This document shows positions 9,911 to 19,512 of a stretch of DNA of 64,000 nt, in pieces (position 1 is the first letter of the stretch; each line of letters starts with the position of its first letter). The notes below the pieces were generated by a model that was not told the DNA's origin, made no database searches, and was given only the letters and a program-made list of their open reading frames with translations. Origin of the DNA: Clostridia bacterium (GTDB lineage Bacteria; Bacillota; Clostridia; Oscillospirales; Butyricicoccaceae); NCBI GenBank assembly GCA_044426345.1, contig JAWXUP010000002.1, forward strand, positions 32,017 through 96,016, written 5' to 3'. The position numbers and the translations under genes were made by a program.

Positions 9911-11200
9911 CTAAATAATATGTCCTAAATCTATTAGATTTCCATTCTCATCGAAAGGTAAATCCATAAGTTCTGAATCTAAAACTAGATTTTCATTTGC
10001 ATTAATTTCATCTAAATATTGATACGACATATAAATCGTTCCGACTTCTAGAGAATTAGCGATACGAATTAAACGAGGTTCATCGCCTTCATATCCGGTG
10101 CAAGTACGTAAACAAGCTTGGATTGCTTGCTTATCGCTTTTCATAACCATAGGAATACGCACATTTTCGATAACAGTAGACGTTAATACGTTTGGATAAG
10201 TTTGCTCGAAGTCGATTTTATCAAATAAACGACGAGTTGTAACGTGAGCCATACCAGTACCAGTTGCATTGTGATGACTTTCATCGCTCAAATCTAGCAC
10301 TGCAACACGTTGTGAAATTAATCCACCAGATGCGTATGGAGTTACAAAAGTACCAGTTATGTTAGAGTCCATACCACTACCAGAGAAGTTTTTACCAATT
10401 GTATCACAAACAAGAACTTCGCATTCTGCTGTATGTATTTTAGGTAATAAATCTATAGCCTTTTTTAAATAAATTGGCTCTAAAGTATGTATCTCATCAG
10501 GTTTCATAACAACTAGTTCGTGGGTTCTATCAAAAGCGTTTTCTAAAATCGCAACACCACAAAGTAGTGGAATTGCTTTCATAACTGTTTCGCCGAAAAG
10601 ACGAACGTTTTTAGCCATATTTTGAAAACCTTCTTTATGGCAATGCTCAGCACCGAATTGTTTACCAATACCGATAGCCATCATTTTCATAATTCCACTT
10701 TCAAAAGGCCCTCTAAAGCAAGTGTGAGGTTTTATGCGATTGACAACGATAACGCCATCAGCACCTAATACGTCTTTGCTTGCGAAAACTTCCACGCCTT
10801 CAGCATTTAAGCCTACAGAAACTGTTTCCATACTGCTTTTTATCGGACAACCCATAGATTCTTCGGTGATTTTAAAACCTTCTAGGATTTTGCGTTGACC
10901 TTCAGAAGTAGCGCCACCGTGACTACCCATAGTAGCTGCTAAAAATGGTTTTCCACCTTGTGAATATACGAAATCAACCAGTGTTTTTAAAATCAAAGGC
11001 ATATTTGCAATACCACGACTACCTGCTGTGATAGCAACCGACATACCTTGCTCGATTTTAATATCTTTTTCAGCTAAATTTGCAAGAATAGTGCTTGAAA
11101 TATCCTCGGTTTTGATATATGAATCATCAAAAACTTGACGTACTTTATAAACTTTTGGTACAGGAACGTCTTTTACAAGATTACTTACTACACTGCTCAT
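9911..11200 (-). CDS. LarA N-terminal-like (DUF2088) domain protein
   Basis: Segments MGSHGG and VNRIKPHTCFRGPFESGIMKMMAIGIGK...AEHCH resemble the His/Lys-bearing LarA_N core. ATG 11200 lies 2 nt after the gudD stop; the ORF track offers TTG 11218. The family call is tentative. Confidence 0.5.
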   Translation of the reverse strand: MSSVVSNLVKDVPVPKVYKVRQVFDDSYIKTEDISSTILANLAEKDIKIEQGMSVAITAGSRGIANMPLILKTLVDFVYSQGGKPFLAATMGSHGGATSEGQRKILEGFKITEESMGCPIKSSMETVSVGLNAEGVEVFASKDVLGADGVIVVNRIKPHTCFRGPFESGIMKMMAIGIGKQFGAEHCHKEGFQNMAKNVRLFGETVMKAIPLLCGVAILENAFDRTHELVVMKPDEIHTLEPIYLKKAIDLLPKIHTAECEVLVCDTIGKNFSGSGMDSNITGTFVTPYASGGLISQRVAVLDLSDESHHNATGTGMAHVTTRRLFDKIDFEQTYPNVLTSTVIENVRIPMVMKSDKQAIQACLRTCTGYEGDEPRLIRIANSLEVGTIYMSYQYLDEINANENLVLDSELMDLPFDENGNLIDLGHII

Positions 11201-11202
11201 AA

Positions 11203-12540
11203 TTAACGTACCATACAAGGACTTTTAGCATTGAATTTCCAACCAGGAATTAGATATTGCATACCAACAGCATCATCACGACCACCAAGGCAGTTTTCAA
11301 GATAAAGTTTATGTGCTTTTTCTAATTGTTCTCTGTCAATTTCAATACCAAGACCTGGAACATTACGAGGAACAGCGATACAACCATCAACGATTTGTGG
11401 AGATTCAACGCAGATACGTTCTCTACCTTCTTGCCAAATCCAGTGTGTATCAATTGCGTTTAATTTACCAGGAACAGCAGCTGCAGTATGAGCTACCATT
11501 GCAAGCGAAATATCAAAGTGATTGTTAGAGTGACAGCCCCAAGTTAAACCGAAACGAGAGCATAATTGACCAACTTGAACGCTACCAGACATTGTCCAGA
11601 AGTGAGGGTCAGCAAGAGGAATATCAACGCTTGATAATGCAAAGCTGTGAGCCATTTGACGCCAGTCAGTAGCAACCATATTTGTTGCAGTTGGAAGACC
11701 AGTAGCACGTCTGAATTCAGCCATTGTTTCACGAGCAGAGAATACGCCTTCAGCACCACAAGGGTCTTCGCAGTATGTTAAAATACCGTGCATATCTTTA
11801 CAATATTCGATAGCATCTTTAAGTAACCAACCACCATTAGGGTCTAAAGTAATTCTAGCGTCTGGGAATTCAGCTTTTAAAGCTTTGATAGCTTTCATTT
11901 CTTCAGGTCCAGCTAAAACGCCACCTTTTAATTTGAAATCTTGGAATTTATATTTTTCGTAAGTTGCTTTTGCAAGAGCTACAATAGTTTCAGGAGTTAA
12001 AGCTTCCTCATTACGTAGACGGTACCAATCACAATCACTGTTTGATTCGTCATCATAAGGAAGGTCGGTTTTTTTACGGTCACCGATATAGAATAAGTAG
12101 CTTAGCATACGAACGCTTTCACGTTGTTGACCATCACCAAGTAATGATGCTACTGGAAGGTCTAAGAATTTGCCGAGTAAGTCTAAAAGAGGAGTTTCGA
12201 TAGCAGTTAAAATATGTACACCTACACGAAGGTCGAAAGTTTGAGCACCACGAACGTCATCTTCTTGAGTGTTAGATTCTAAGTATTTTTGAATTTCAAG
12301 CAAAGTGTTACGATAGTCTGATACTTTAGTGCCGATAACTAAGTGTTCAACAGCAACTAACATATCAGTGATTTTTTGACCACCAGGTACTTCACCTAAA
12401 CCAGTGCGACCATCAGAGTCAGTTAAAATAACCACATTTCTTGTAAAATAAGGTGCATGTGCGCCAGAAAGATTTAATTCCATACTATCTTTCCCAGCAA
12501 CTGGGAATACTTCCATTTTTGTAACTACAGGCATTGCCAT
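11203..12540 (-). CDS. gudD: Glucarate dehydratase (enolase superfamily)
   Basis: N-terminus [33 protein letters not shown] and the 445-aa length are characteristic of GudD. Confidence 0.85.
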   Translation of the reverse strand: MAMPVVTKMEVFPVAGKDSMELNLSGAHAPYFTRNVVILTDSDGRTGLGEVPGGQKITDMLVAVEHLVIGTKVSDYRNTLLEIQKYLESNTQEDDVRGAQTFDLRVGVHILTAIETPLLDLLGKFLDLPVASLLGDGQQRESVRMLSYLFYIGDRKKTDLPYDDESNSDCDWYRLRNEEALTPETIVALAKATYEKYKFQDFKLKGGVLAGPEEMKAIKALKAEFPDARITLDPNGGWLLKDAIEYCKDMHGILTYCEDPCGAEGVFSARETMAEFRRATGLPTATNMVATDWRQMAHSFALSSVDIPLADPHFWTMSGSVQVGQLCSRFGLTWGCHSNNHFDISLAMVAHTAAAVPGKLNAIDTHWIWQEGRERICVESPQIVDGCIAVPRNVPGLGIEIDREQLEKAHKLYLENCLGGRDDAVGMQYLIPGWKFNAKSPCMVR

Positions 12541-12576
12541 ATTGTTCAGCTCCTTTTAATAATTATGTATTTTAAA

Positions 12577-12617
12577 CCAAAAAATGCATCAAAAAAGGGA
12601 ATGCCTTATTTGATGCA
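12577..12617 (-). terminator. Rho-independent terminator (minus strand) downstream of the msmK-DUF624 pair, lying in the gudD leader
   Basis: TGCATCAAA...TTTGATGCA stem followed by TTTTTT on the minus strand. Confidence 0.7.
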
Positions 12618-12644
12618 AAATACTTGATTTGTTTGTTCAATTTT

Positions 12645-12673
12645 ATTATAATCCAATATTAAAAATAAGTCAA
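12645..12673 (-). promoter_or_regulatory. Sigma-A-type promoter candidate for the gudD operon
   Basis: Minus strand reads TTGACT-17 nt-TATAAT. Confidence 0.5.
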
Positions 12674-12733
12674 ACTTATTAAATTTATAATATAGTTAGA
12701 AAAACTTATTGAACGAATTTTAAAATATGCTTA

Positions 12734-13501
12734 TTAAATATCTGTTTTTTCAGAAGATAAAACTTGTACATCATCACTACAAATGATGTCTTTATTTTCA
12801 TCTTCGTAGTCATCATCTTCATCGTAGTCTTCGTATTCAGGTTCTTCATATGGTAGTGCATAACGTATAATTCCTGGATATGCAAAAAACATATTTAGGA
12901 AGATTGAAAAAGCGACGCCAAATACCATATAATATATAATTGATAATGGGAAAACATATAAATTTACGAAAAAAAGTATAGCATTCAAGATGAATGAAAA
13001 AACAACAGATTTTGCACATAAAACAGTCATAAAAGCACTATTTTTAAAAATTGCTATAGTTGGTAAATTAATGATAGCTGTAAGTGGGAAAATAAAAACG
13101 TTAAATGCTATAAAAATAATTAAAAGTGCTAGAATAGCATATGCAGCATAACCTATAAGTTCCGCATAGAAGAAATAAGAAAAAGTTAGACCTGCGCCAA
13201 AAAATAAAACAAGAAGGCCAACTAAAATACCTTGTTTAAAATTTATTTTAAAACCGTGTTTGTAATCTGATATTAAATCAATTGGCTCATCTCGAACCAT
13301 TTTTGCACAAACATAATTTACAGCACAAATTGAAGGCCCTATAGTAAATAAAGGAATACAAGTTAGCACAAATAATAAATTTAGACTAACGATTGTCCAA
13401 AATTCACGTAAAAAAATATCAAAAAAAAGTGCAGCGCCTTCTTTTTTTGGAGCGTCTTTGCTAATTCCAGCTCCTGCTTTGTTATAGTTTCTAAAAAACA
13501 T
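12734..13501 (-). CDS. DUF624 (YesL-like) integral membrane protein with an acidic C-terminal tail
   Basis: N-terminus FFRNYNKAG...FFDIFLREFW plus multiple TM segments; tail YEEPEYEDYDEDDDYEDENKD. Confidence 0.7.
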   Translation of the reverse strand: MFFRNYNKAGAGISKDAPKKEGAALFFDIFLREFWTIVSLNLLFVLTCIPLFTIGPSICAVNYVCAKMVRDEPIDLISDYKHGFKINFKQGILVGLLVLFFGAGLTFSYFFYAELIGYAAYAILALLIIFIAFNVFIFPLTAIINLPTIAIFKNSAFMTVLCAKSVVFSFILNAILFFVNLYVFPLSIIYYMVFGVAFSIFLNMFFAYPGIIRYALPYEEPEYEDYDEDDDYEDENKDIICSDDVQVLSSEKTDI

Positions 13502-13575
13502 AATTTTCCTTTCGAATGCTTAAAATACTAGTAAGAGTGCTACAAAAGTAGCACTCTTTTAGTTTGTAATTAAAA

Positions 13576-14682
13576 TTAGATGTGGTTAGTAGTTTCTTTA
13601 TCGTAGATGTGGATTTTGTTAGTATCAATAGCAAGAGCGATTTTTTCATCACGTTTTGCAGCAGCTCTAGTTGGAGCTTTAACAGTGATTTTATTAGCGC
13701 CACAAGAACAGTACATAAATACTTCAGCACCCATCATTTCAGCGATATCAACATTAACTTCGATAATACTAGCATCATCAGCTGACATAAAGATATCTTC
13801 TCTATGTAAATCTTCAGGACGAATACCAACAACAACTTCTTTACCTACTTGAGCTTTAAGAGCAGCTGGAGTAAATCTACCTTCAGGAAGTTTTACTGAG
13901 TAAGTTTCGAAATCAGCGTAGTAAGAACCAGCTTTTTCAGAAATTACAGCATCGATAAAGTTCATTTGAGGAGAACCGATGAAACCAGCAACGAATAAGT
14001 TAACAGGATTATCGTATAAGTTTTGTGGATTATCAACTTGTTGAATGAAACCGTCTTTCATAACAACGATTCTGTCACCCATTGTCATTGCTTCTACTTG
14101 GTCATGTGTTACGTAGATGAAAGTAGTTTGTAATTTTTTATGAAGAGTAGTAAGCTCTGTTCTCATTTGAGTACGAAGTTTTGCGTCAAGGTTTGAAAGT
14201 GGTTCATCAAGAAGGAATACTGCAGGGTTACGAACCATCGCACGACCTAAAGCAACACGTTGACGTTGACCGCCTGATAAAGCTTTTGGTTTACGGTTTA
14301 ATAAGTGAGTGATGTCAAGAGAAGCAGCAGCTGCTTGAACTTTTGCATCGATAACGTCTTTAGGTTCTTTACGAAGTTTTAAAGCGAAAGCCATGTTTTT
14401 GTAAACTGTCATATGAGGATATAACGCATAGCTTTGGAAAACCATCGCGATATCACGGTCTTTAGGTGATACGTCATTTACGAAGTTTTCACCGATGTAA
14501 AGTTCACCTTCAGTGATTTCTTCAAGACCTGCGATCATACGTAAAGTAGTTGATTTACCACAACCAGAAGGTCCAACTAAGATGATAAATTCTTTGTCAG
14601 CGATTTCAAGGTTGAATTCGTGAACGGCTGTAACGCCACCGTCATAAACTTTTTTAACATTTTTAAGACTAATTCCTGCCAT
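13576..14682 (-). CDS. msmK: Sugar ABC importer ATPase (MsmK/MalK/UgpC type) with no adjacent permease genes
   Basis: Walker A GPSGCGKST, signature LSGGQRQR, Walker B FLLDEPLS, and a MalK-like C-terminal regulatory domain. Confidence 0.9.
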   Translation of the reverse strand: MAGISLKNVKKVYDGGVTAVHEFNLEIADKEFIILVGPSGCGKSTTLRMIAGLEEITEGELYIGENFVNDVSPKDRDIAMVFQSYALYPHMTVYKNMAFALKLRKEPKDVIDAKVQAAAASLDITHLLNRKPKALSGGQRQRVALGRAMVRNPAVFLLDEPLSNLDAKLRTQMRTELTTLHKKLQTTFIYVTHDQVEAMTMGDRIVVMKDGFIQQVDNPQNLYDNPVNLFVAGFIGSPQMNFIDAVISEKAGSYYADFETYSVKLPEGRFTPAALKAQVGKEVVVGIRPEDLHREDIFMSADDASIIEVNVDIAEMMGAEVFMYCSCGANKITVKAPTRAAAKRDEKIALAIDTNKIHIYDKETTNHI

Positions 14683-14825
14683 TATTTTTTTCCTCCAATT
14701 TTTAATTATGTTTATTTTTTACAATAATTTACTTGTTAAATATATTATATCAGTGTATAATGTATATATCAAGTGTAAAATTTTGATATTAAAGGTAAAT
14801 TGTTGATATAAGAGGTAAAATATTG

Positions 14826-15203
14826 ATGTTGGATAAAAACGAGTATTCTAGACTAGTAAAAAGATGCATTTTATATATAGAATCTGATTATATGTATATA
14901 TTAGGTGTAGATGATATGGCAGAGACTTTGAATGTTTCAAAAAGTCATTTAATACGTGAATTTTCGAAACAAGTAGGAATTTCGCCAAATAAGTTTCTTA
15001 TTAAAACGAAACTGGAAAGTGCAAAGATATTATTGTTGAATGATGATTTACACATAGAAGCAGTGGCCGAAGCTGTTGGATTTTCTTGCGGAAATTATTT
15101 TTCTAAGGTATTTAAAAAAGAATATGGAATAACGCCGAAAGAATTTATAGCATCTGCACCTGTCGAAAATCCTTCAAAAGTTAATGGAAGTATTTATTTG
15201 TAA
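14826..15203 (+). CDS. AraC-family HTH protein (DNA-binding domain only, about 125 aa)
   Basis: Double HTH region LNVSKSHLIREFSKQVGISP...AEAVGFSCGNYFSKVFKKEYGITPKEF. ATG 14826 lies behind AGAGGT. Confidence 0.8.
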   Translation: MLDKNEYSRLVKRCILYIESDYMYILGVDDMAETLNVSKSHLIREFSKQVGISPNKFLIKTKLESAKILLLNDDLHIEAVAEAVGFSCGNYFSKVFKKEYGITPKEFIASAPVENPSKVNGSIYL

Positions 15204-15233
15204 GAGCTTTTTATTTAAAACAATAACAAAAAA

Positions 15234-15261
15234 ACGCACCACTATTTATATAGTGGTGCGT
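15234..15261. terminator. Bidirectional terminator (AraC gene / HPr-like gene)
   Basis: ACGCACCACTAT-TTATA-TAGTGGTGCGT with an A-run upstream and T-rich sequence downstream. Confidence 0.8.
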
Positions 15262-15275
15262 TTATAATTTTGATA

Positions 15276-15539
15276 CTAGTCATTTAAGTTTGATGTAACA
15301 AGATTTACAAGAGCTGTTACAGCCTCTTCAGCATCTGGACCATCAGCAGTAAGTGTGATAACTGAATCTTTAGTGATACCTAAAGATAAAATACCTAAAA
15401 GGCTTTTTGCGTTAACACGTCTATCTTCTTTTTCAACTAAAATTGTGCTTTTGAATTCATTTGCTTTTTGTATAAAAAATGTTGCAGGTCTAGCATAAAG
15501 GCCTACTTGGTTAGTTACTGTAACTTCTTTCGTAAACAT
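15276..15539 (-). CDS. HPr-like phosphocarrier protein lacking His15 (Crh-like; Ser46 retained)
   Basis: GLYARPAT replaces the canonical GxHARPA; the Ser46 context VNAKSLLGILSLG is retained. ATG 15539 lies 8 nt behind AGGGG. Confidence 0.85.
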   Translation of the reverse strand: MFTKEVTVTNQVGLYARPATFFIQKANEFKSTILVEKEDRRVNAKSLLGILSLGITKDSVITLTADGPDAEEAVTALVNLVTSNLND

Positions 15540-15748
15540 AATAAACACCCCTAAAATCCTTATATTTTTCTTTTAATATTAATGTAGATATTATATTAAT
15601 ATAATACATAATTTTTGTTAAATAGTCAAGAAATATTTTACAAAATCAAAATTATGTTACAAATGCATTATTAAAAAGGTAAAATAAAGCTAGTTTTTAG
15701 TGAAAATTTCAACATTTCATATAAGATTTAACAAAATATGCTATAAAT

Positions 15749-18124
15749 TTACTTGAATGTAATAACCGTTACTCCATCTTCGCCTTCTCCATAACGTCCT
15801 GCACGATATGATTTTATATGACGATTTGTACGTAAATAGTCGCGGATTGAGTTTCTAAGAACTCCAGTACCTTTACCGTGAATGATGTAGCCTTCTTCAA
15901 TATTTGCTAAAATCGAACTCGAAATAAAGCTTTCAACTTCGTCAATGCCAGCGACAACGTCCATACCACGTATATCCACTTCTCGAGAAATTGCCTCGTT
16001 TCTAAGCTGACGTGTAGGTGGTGCTTTTGGAACATTACGTTGTTTTGGTTTTGGTGAATTGATAGGTTTTTGCGTAAACAATTCAACCTCGTCGATATTT
16101 GCAGTGATTTTTAAAATGCCAGCTTTACATACAAGTTTTCCTTGTTTGTCTGGTGGCGTTATAACTGTCGCTATGTTATTTGTTTTAAGTAGACGAATTT
16201 CAACACCAACTTTAAGTTGGTCGGCTGTAGGGACAACTGCATTTTTGCGACGTTGTTTTTGTAGGCTTTTAAGTTCTACTTCGCTTAGGTTTTTATTTAT
16301 TTCTTGACGTGCTTTATTAATATTAGCAGATTTCACGTCTTGCTTTGCAAGTTTTTTCAGTCCTTCAATTTCATCAAAGGCAGCACGAGAGGCACGTTTT
16401 GCATCATCAAGCATTCTTGTAGCTTGAAGTCTGCCTTTTTCGACCATCGCCTCGTATTTTTCGTCGATGGTTTTTTCTTTTGCCTCAGCACGCATTAACG
16501 CATTTTTAGCGATAACACGCATTTTTTCGGTTTCCTTTTTGAATTCTTGAGCTTGAATACGTTCATGTTCAAGATTTGCAAGAATGGTTTCAAAACGGTT
16601 ATGTTCACTTGATAGCAACGATTTTGCACTGTTTATAATTTCGATTTGCAATCCGAGTTTATTCGAAATTTCAAAAGCGTTTGACTTACCTGGTGAGCCG
16701 ATGATTAAGTTATAAGTAGGGCTTAACGTTTCCATATTAAACTCAAACGATGCATTTTGTACGCCAGATGTTTCTAAAGCGTATAATTTTATGTCAGAAT
16801 AGTGAGTTGTAGCAAGTATTCTGCATGAAAATTTACGTGCGTGTTCGATTATTGCAACAGCAAGCGCTGAGCCTTCTAGTGGGTCAGTACCTGAACCAAG
16901 TTCGTCGAATAGCAATAGGTCACCTTTTTCGCATACATCTAATATAGATATGATGTTTGTCATATGTGATGAAAATGTAGAAAGTGACTCGCCGATACTT
17001 TGTTCGTCACCGATATCAGCGTAAACCTTGCCTAAAATATAGATTTCACTACCAAAATCAGCAGGAATATGCATACCCATACTCGCCATCATCGTAAGTA
17101 ATCCAAGTGTTTTTAAACATACTGTTTTACCACCAGTATTAGGTCCTGTGATGATAAGCGTGTCAAATTCAGCACCTATTTCAAGCGATACTGGTACAGC
17201 AGTTTTACGCTCTAATAGTGGGTGAACTGCGTTTATAAGATTAGTGTATCCGTTATCAGATAAAATTGGTTGATAAGCGTTCATATCGACAGATAATTTT
17301 GCTTTTGCGAAGATAAAATCAAGAGCAGTTAGCATTTCAAAGTTCAAACGCAGACTTGTACCGATTTTTTTAACGTCAATAGAGAACATTTTTAAAATAC
17401 GTTCTATTTCCTTTTGTTCGTCATCAAGCAAGATGCGTAGTTCGTTATTCGCCTCGACAACTTCGGTAGGCTCGATAAATAAAGTGTTACCACTACTCGA
17501 AACATCGTGAATTAACCCTCGAACGTCACCTTTATGCTCGGTTTTTACAGGCACAACAAAGCGATTGTTACGTATTGTGATTAAATTTTCTTGCAGATAA
17601 TTATTCTCTTTTGAAATCATCTGATTTAAGTATTCACGAGTTTTTGAATTTAGACTACGGATTTTTCTGCGAATGTCAAAAAGTTCGCTAGATGCCGTGT
17701 CTGCTAGTTCTTCTTCGGAAACTATAGCGTTAGTTATCGCATTTTCCAAGCGTGTATCACCGTGGAGTAGTGAAAAATATCTATCAAGCATAGCAGAACC
17801 AGTAGAAACATCATCGTGATAAGATGAAAGTTCTCGAACCGTACGTAAAAGCAGTGCGATTTGTAGTAATTCCTCGCAAGAAAGCACACCAGAAAGTTCA
17901 GTACGTTTGATTGAATTTTCAGGGTCTACAACTCCGTAAAAACTTGGTGCACCTTGTGTGTCGAGCATAGTTTTGGCTTGGGTTACCTCATCTAAAAGCA
18001 GTTTTACATCTATATTATCATAAATTGGAGCAAGATTTGACACGATGAGCTTTGCACCGTCTGTTACGCATAAATCTTGCAAAAACAATAGAATTTTGTC
18101 AATTTCAAGTTTGTTCTTTTGCAT
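15749..18124 (-). CDS. mutS2: Endonuclease MutS2 (MutS ATPase core plus C-terminal Smr domain)
   Basis: Walker A GPNTGGKT, a long coiled-coil, and Smr end IIHGKGTGVLR; 791 aa. Confidence 0.95.
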   Translation of the reverse strand: MQKNKLEIDKILLFLQDLCVTDGAKLIVSNLAPIYDNIDVKLLLDEVTQAKTMLDTQGAPSFYGVVDPENSIKRTELSGVLSCEELLQIALLLRTVRELSSYHDDVSTGSAMLDRYFSLLHGDTRLENAITNAIVSEEELADTASSELFDIRRKIRSLNSKTREYLNQMISKENNYLQENLITIRNNRFVVPVKTEHKGDVRGLIHDVSSSGNTLFIEPTEVVEANNELRILLDDEQKEIERILKMFSIDVKKIGTSLRLNFEMLTALDFIFAKAKLSVDMNAYQPILSDNGYTNLINAVHPLLERKTAVPVSLEIGAEFDTLIITGPNTGGKTVCLKTLGLLTMMASMGMHIPADFGSEIYILGKVYADIGDEQSIGESLSTFSSHMTNIISILDVCEKGDLLLFDELGSGTDPLEGSALAVAIIEHARKFSCRILATTHYSDIKLYALETSGVQNASFEFNMETLSPTYNLIIGSPGKSNAFEISNKLGLQIEIINSAKSLLSSEHNRFETILANLEHERIQAQEFKKETEKMRVIAKNALMRAEAKEKTIDEKYEAMVEKGRLQATRMLDDAKRASRAAFDEIEGLKKLAKQDVKSANINKARQEINKNLSEVELKSLQKQRRKNAVVPTADQLKVGVEIRLLKTNNIATVITPPDKQGKLVCKAGILKITANIDEVELFTQKPINSPKPKQRNVPKAPPTRQLRNEAISREVDIRGMDVVAGIDEVESFISSSILANIEEGYIIHGKGTGVLRNSIRDYLRTNRHIKSYRAGRYGEGEDGVTVITFK

Positions 18125-18125
18125 T

Positions 18126-18878
18126 TTATCCTCCTATGGATTTATAAAAATCGAGAGTTTTAAATTTATAGTCGGTCTGTGTTAGTACGAAATCTTCGCA
18201 CAAATTATAAAGTATATTAAAGCCACGCTCACCCAAATTAAATGAGTAAAGCTTGTCTAAATCGCAAGTTAAAATGTGATACATTGCGTGTAAAACACCT
18301 TGTGTTATAGGCATTACGTGTGGCGAATTTATGTCTATTAAGCACTCCGAACAGCAAATACAACCGTTTATTGTATCAAAATAAGGCTGGGCGAGTCCAC
18401 TTTTTTTATCGCAAATTCCACATCGGTCTATTACAGGGTGAAAACCAGAGTGAGCGATTAATCGAAGTTCTAACGCACATTTTACGAGTTTCGGAGTTTT
18501 TTTCTGTTTTGCAACAGCGTAAAGCGAGGAAATAAGCGTTCGAGTTACTTCGATATTTACGTGGTCCTCATCGCATAATTTTGAGGCTAGTTGCACAAAA
18601 TAACTGCAAATTGCAAAATGTTCGATGTCTTCGGTTATCTCGAAAAATCGTTCGATAAGCAGTACATCATTTAATATGTATCTGTTTTTATTTGTAAAAA
18701 GTTCGAACTCGGCAAAGGCAAAAAGTCGAGTTTTATTAGCCAGAGGAGCATTTTTACGTCGAACACCTCTGCAAAGTACGGAAATTTTACCGTGGTCATA
18801 GGTGAGGAGCGTTATGTACTTGTCGTGTTCTGAAAAATCAGTCTCAGAAATTATAATGCCTTTGACAGTTATGTTCAT
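18126..18878 (-). CDS. recO: DNA repair protein RecO
   Basis: OB-fold N-terminus and a Cys4 zinc motif (CGICD...CCSEC); lies in the conserved era-yqzL-recO context. Confidence 0.9.
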   Translation of the reverse strand: MNITVKGIIISETDFSEHDKYITLLTYDHGKISVLCRGVRRKNAPLANKTRLFAFAEFELFTNKNRYILNDVLLIERFFEITEDIEHFAICSYFVQLASKLCDEDHVNIEVTRTLISSLYAVAKQKKTPKLVKCALELRLIAHSGFHPVIDRCGICDKKSGLAQPYFDTINGCICCSECLIDINSPHVMPITQGVLHAMYHILTCDLDKLYSFNLGERGFNILYNLCEDFVLTQTDYKFKTLDFYKSIGG

Positions 18879-18975
18879 ATTTCACCTTGATTTTTATTTA
18901 CATTTTGTTATATATCTTGATTTTGAAACTTTTAGTTAAATTGTTTATTTTGAAATCACAATAACACAATAATAT

Positions 18976-19495
18976 GTAGGGGCGAACTGTGTTCGCCCGT
19001 CATATTGCGTGCATTGAATTTAATATTTTACGTAATTTTATTGCGTGTCACGGTACGTCGAGGACGCTGTACCATTACATTTTGCGTAAGATAAACCAAA
19101 TTTCAGCAAATAATTGTAGGGGCGAACTGTGTTCGTCCGTCAAATTGCGTGCATTGAATTTAATATTTTGCGTAATTTTATTGCGTGTCACGGTACGTCG
19201 AGGACGTCGTACCACTACATTTTGCGTAAGATAAACCAAATTTCAGCAAATAATTGTAGGGGCGAACTGTGTTCGCCCGTCATATTGCGTGCATTGAATT
19301 TATATTTTACGTAATTTTTATTGCGTGTCACGGTACGTCGAGGACGCCATACCATTACATTTTGCGTAAGATAAACCAAATTTCAGCAAATAATTGTAGG
19401 GGCGAACTGTGTTCGCCCGTCAAATTGCGTGAATTGAATTTAATATTTTACGTAATTTTATTGCGTGTCACGGACGAACACAGTTCGCCCCTACA
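18976..19495. repeat. Tandem array of four 140-bp REP/BIME-like units bounded by inverted GTAGGGGCGAAC / GTTCGCCCCTAC termini
   Basis: Unit starts at 18976, 19116, 19256 and 19396, an exact 140-bp period. Each unit is a type-1 hairpin, a linker and an inverted type-2 hairpin; the last unit closes with an inverted type-1 copy at 19471-19495. Confidence 0.9.
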
Positions 19496-19512
19496 GGTCA
19501 TAGCAAAATTTA

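Noticed and set aside
13533-13558. A terminator between msmK and the DUF624 gene (AAGAGTGCTAC-AAAA-GTAGCACTCTT).
   Set aside because: The stem is perfect, but neither strand has a convincing U-tract. It is probably an intercistronic stabiliser or processing hairpin, and the evidence is insufficient for a feature call.
18976-19495. Possible CRISPR array: a regularly spaced 25-nt palindromic repeat with a 140-bp period.
   Set aside because: The 115-nt 'spacers' are themselves near-identical between units, so the whole 140-bp unit is what repeats. The repeat family is scattered in both orientations across the window. There is no leader and there are no cas genes.
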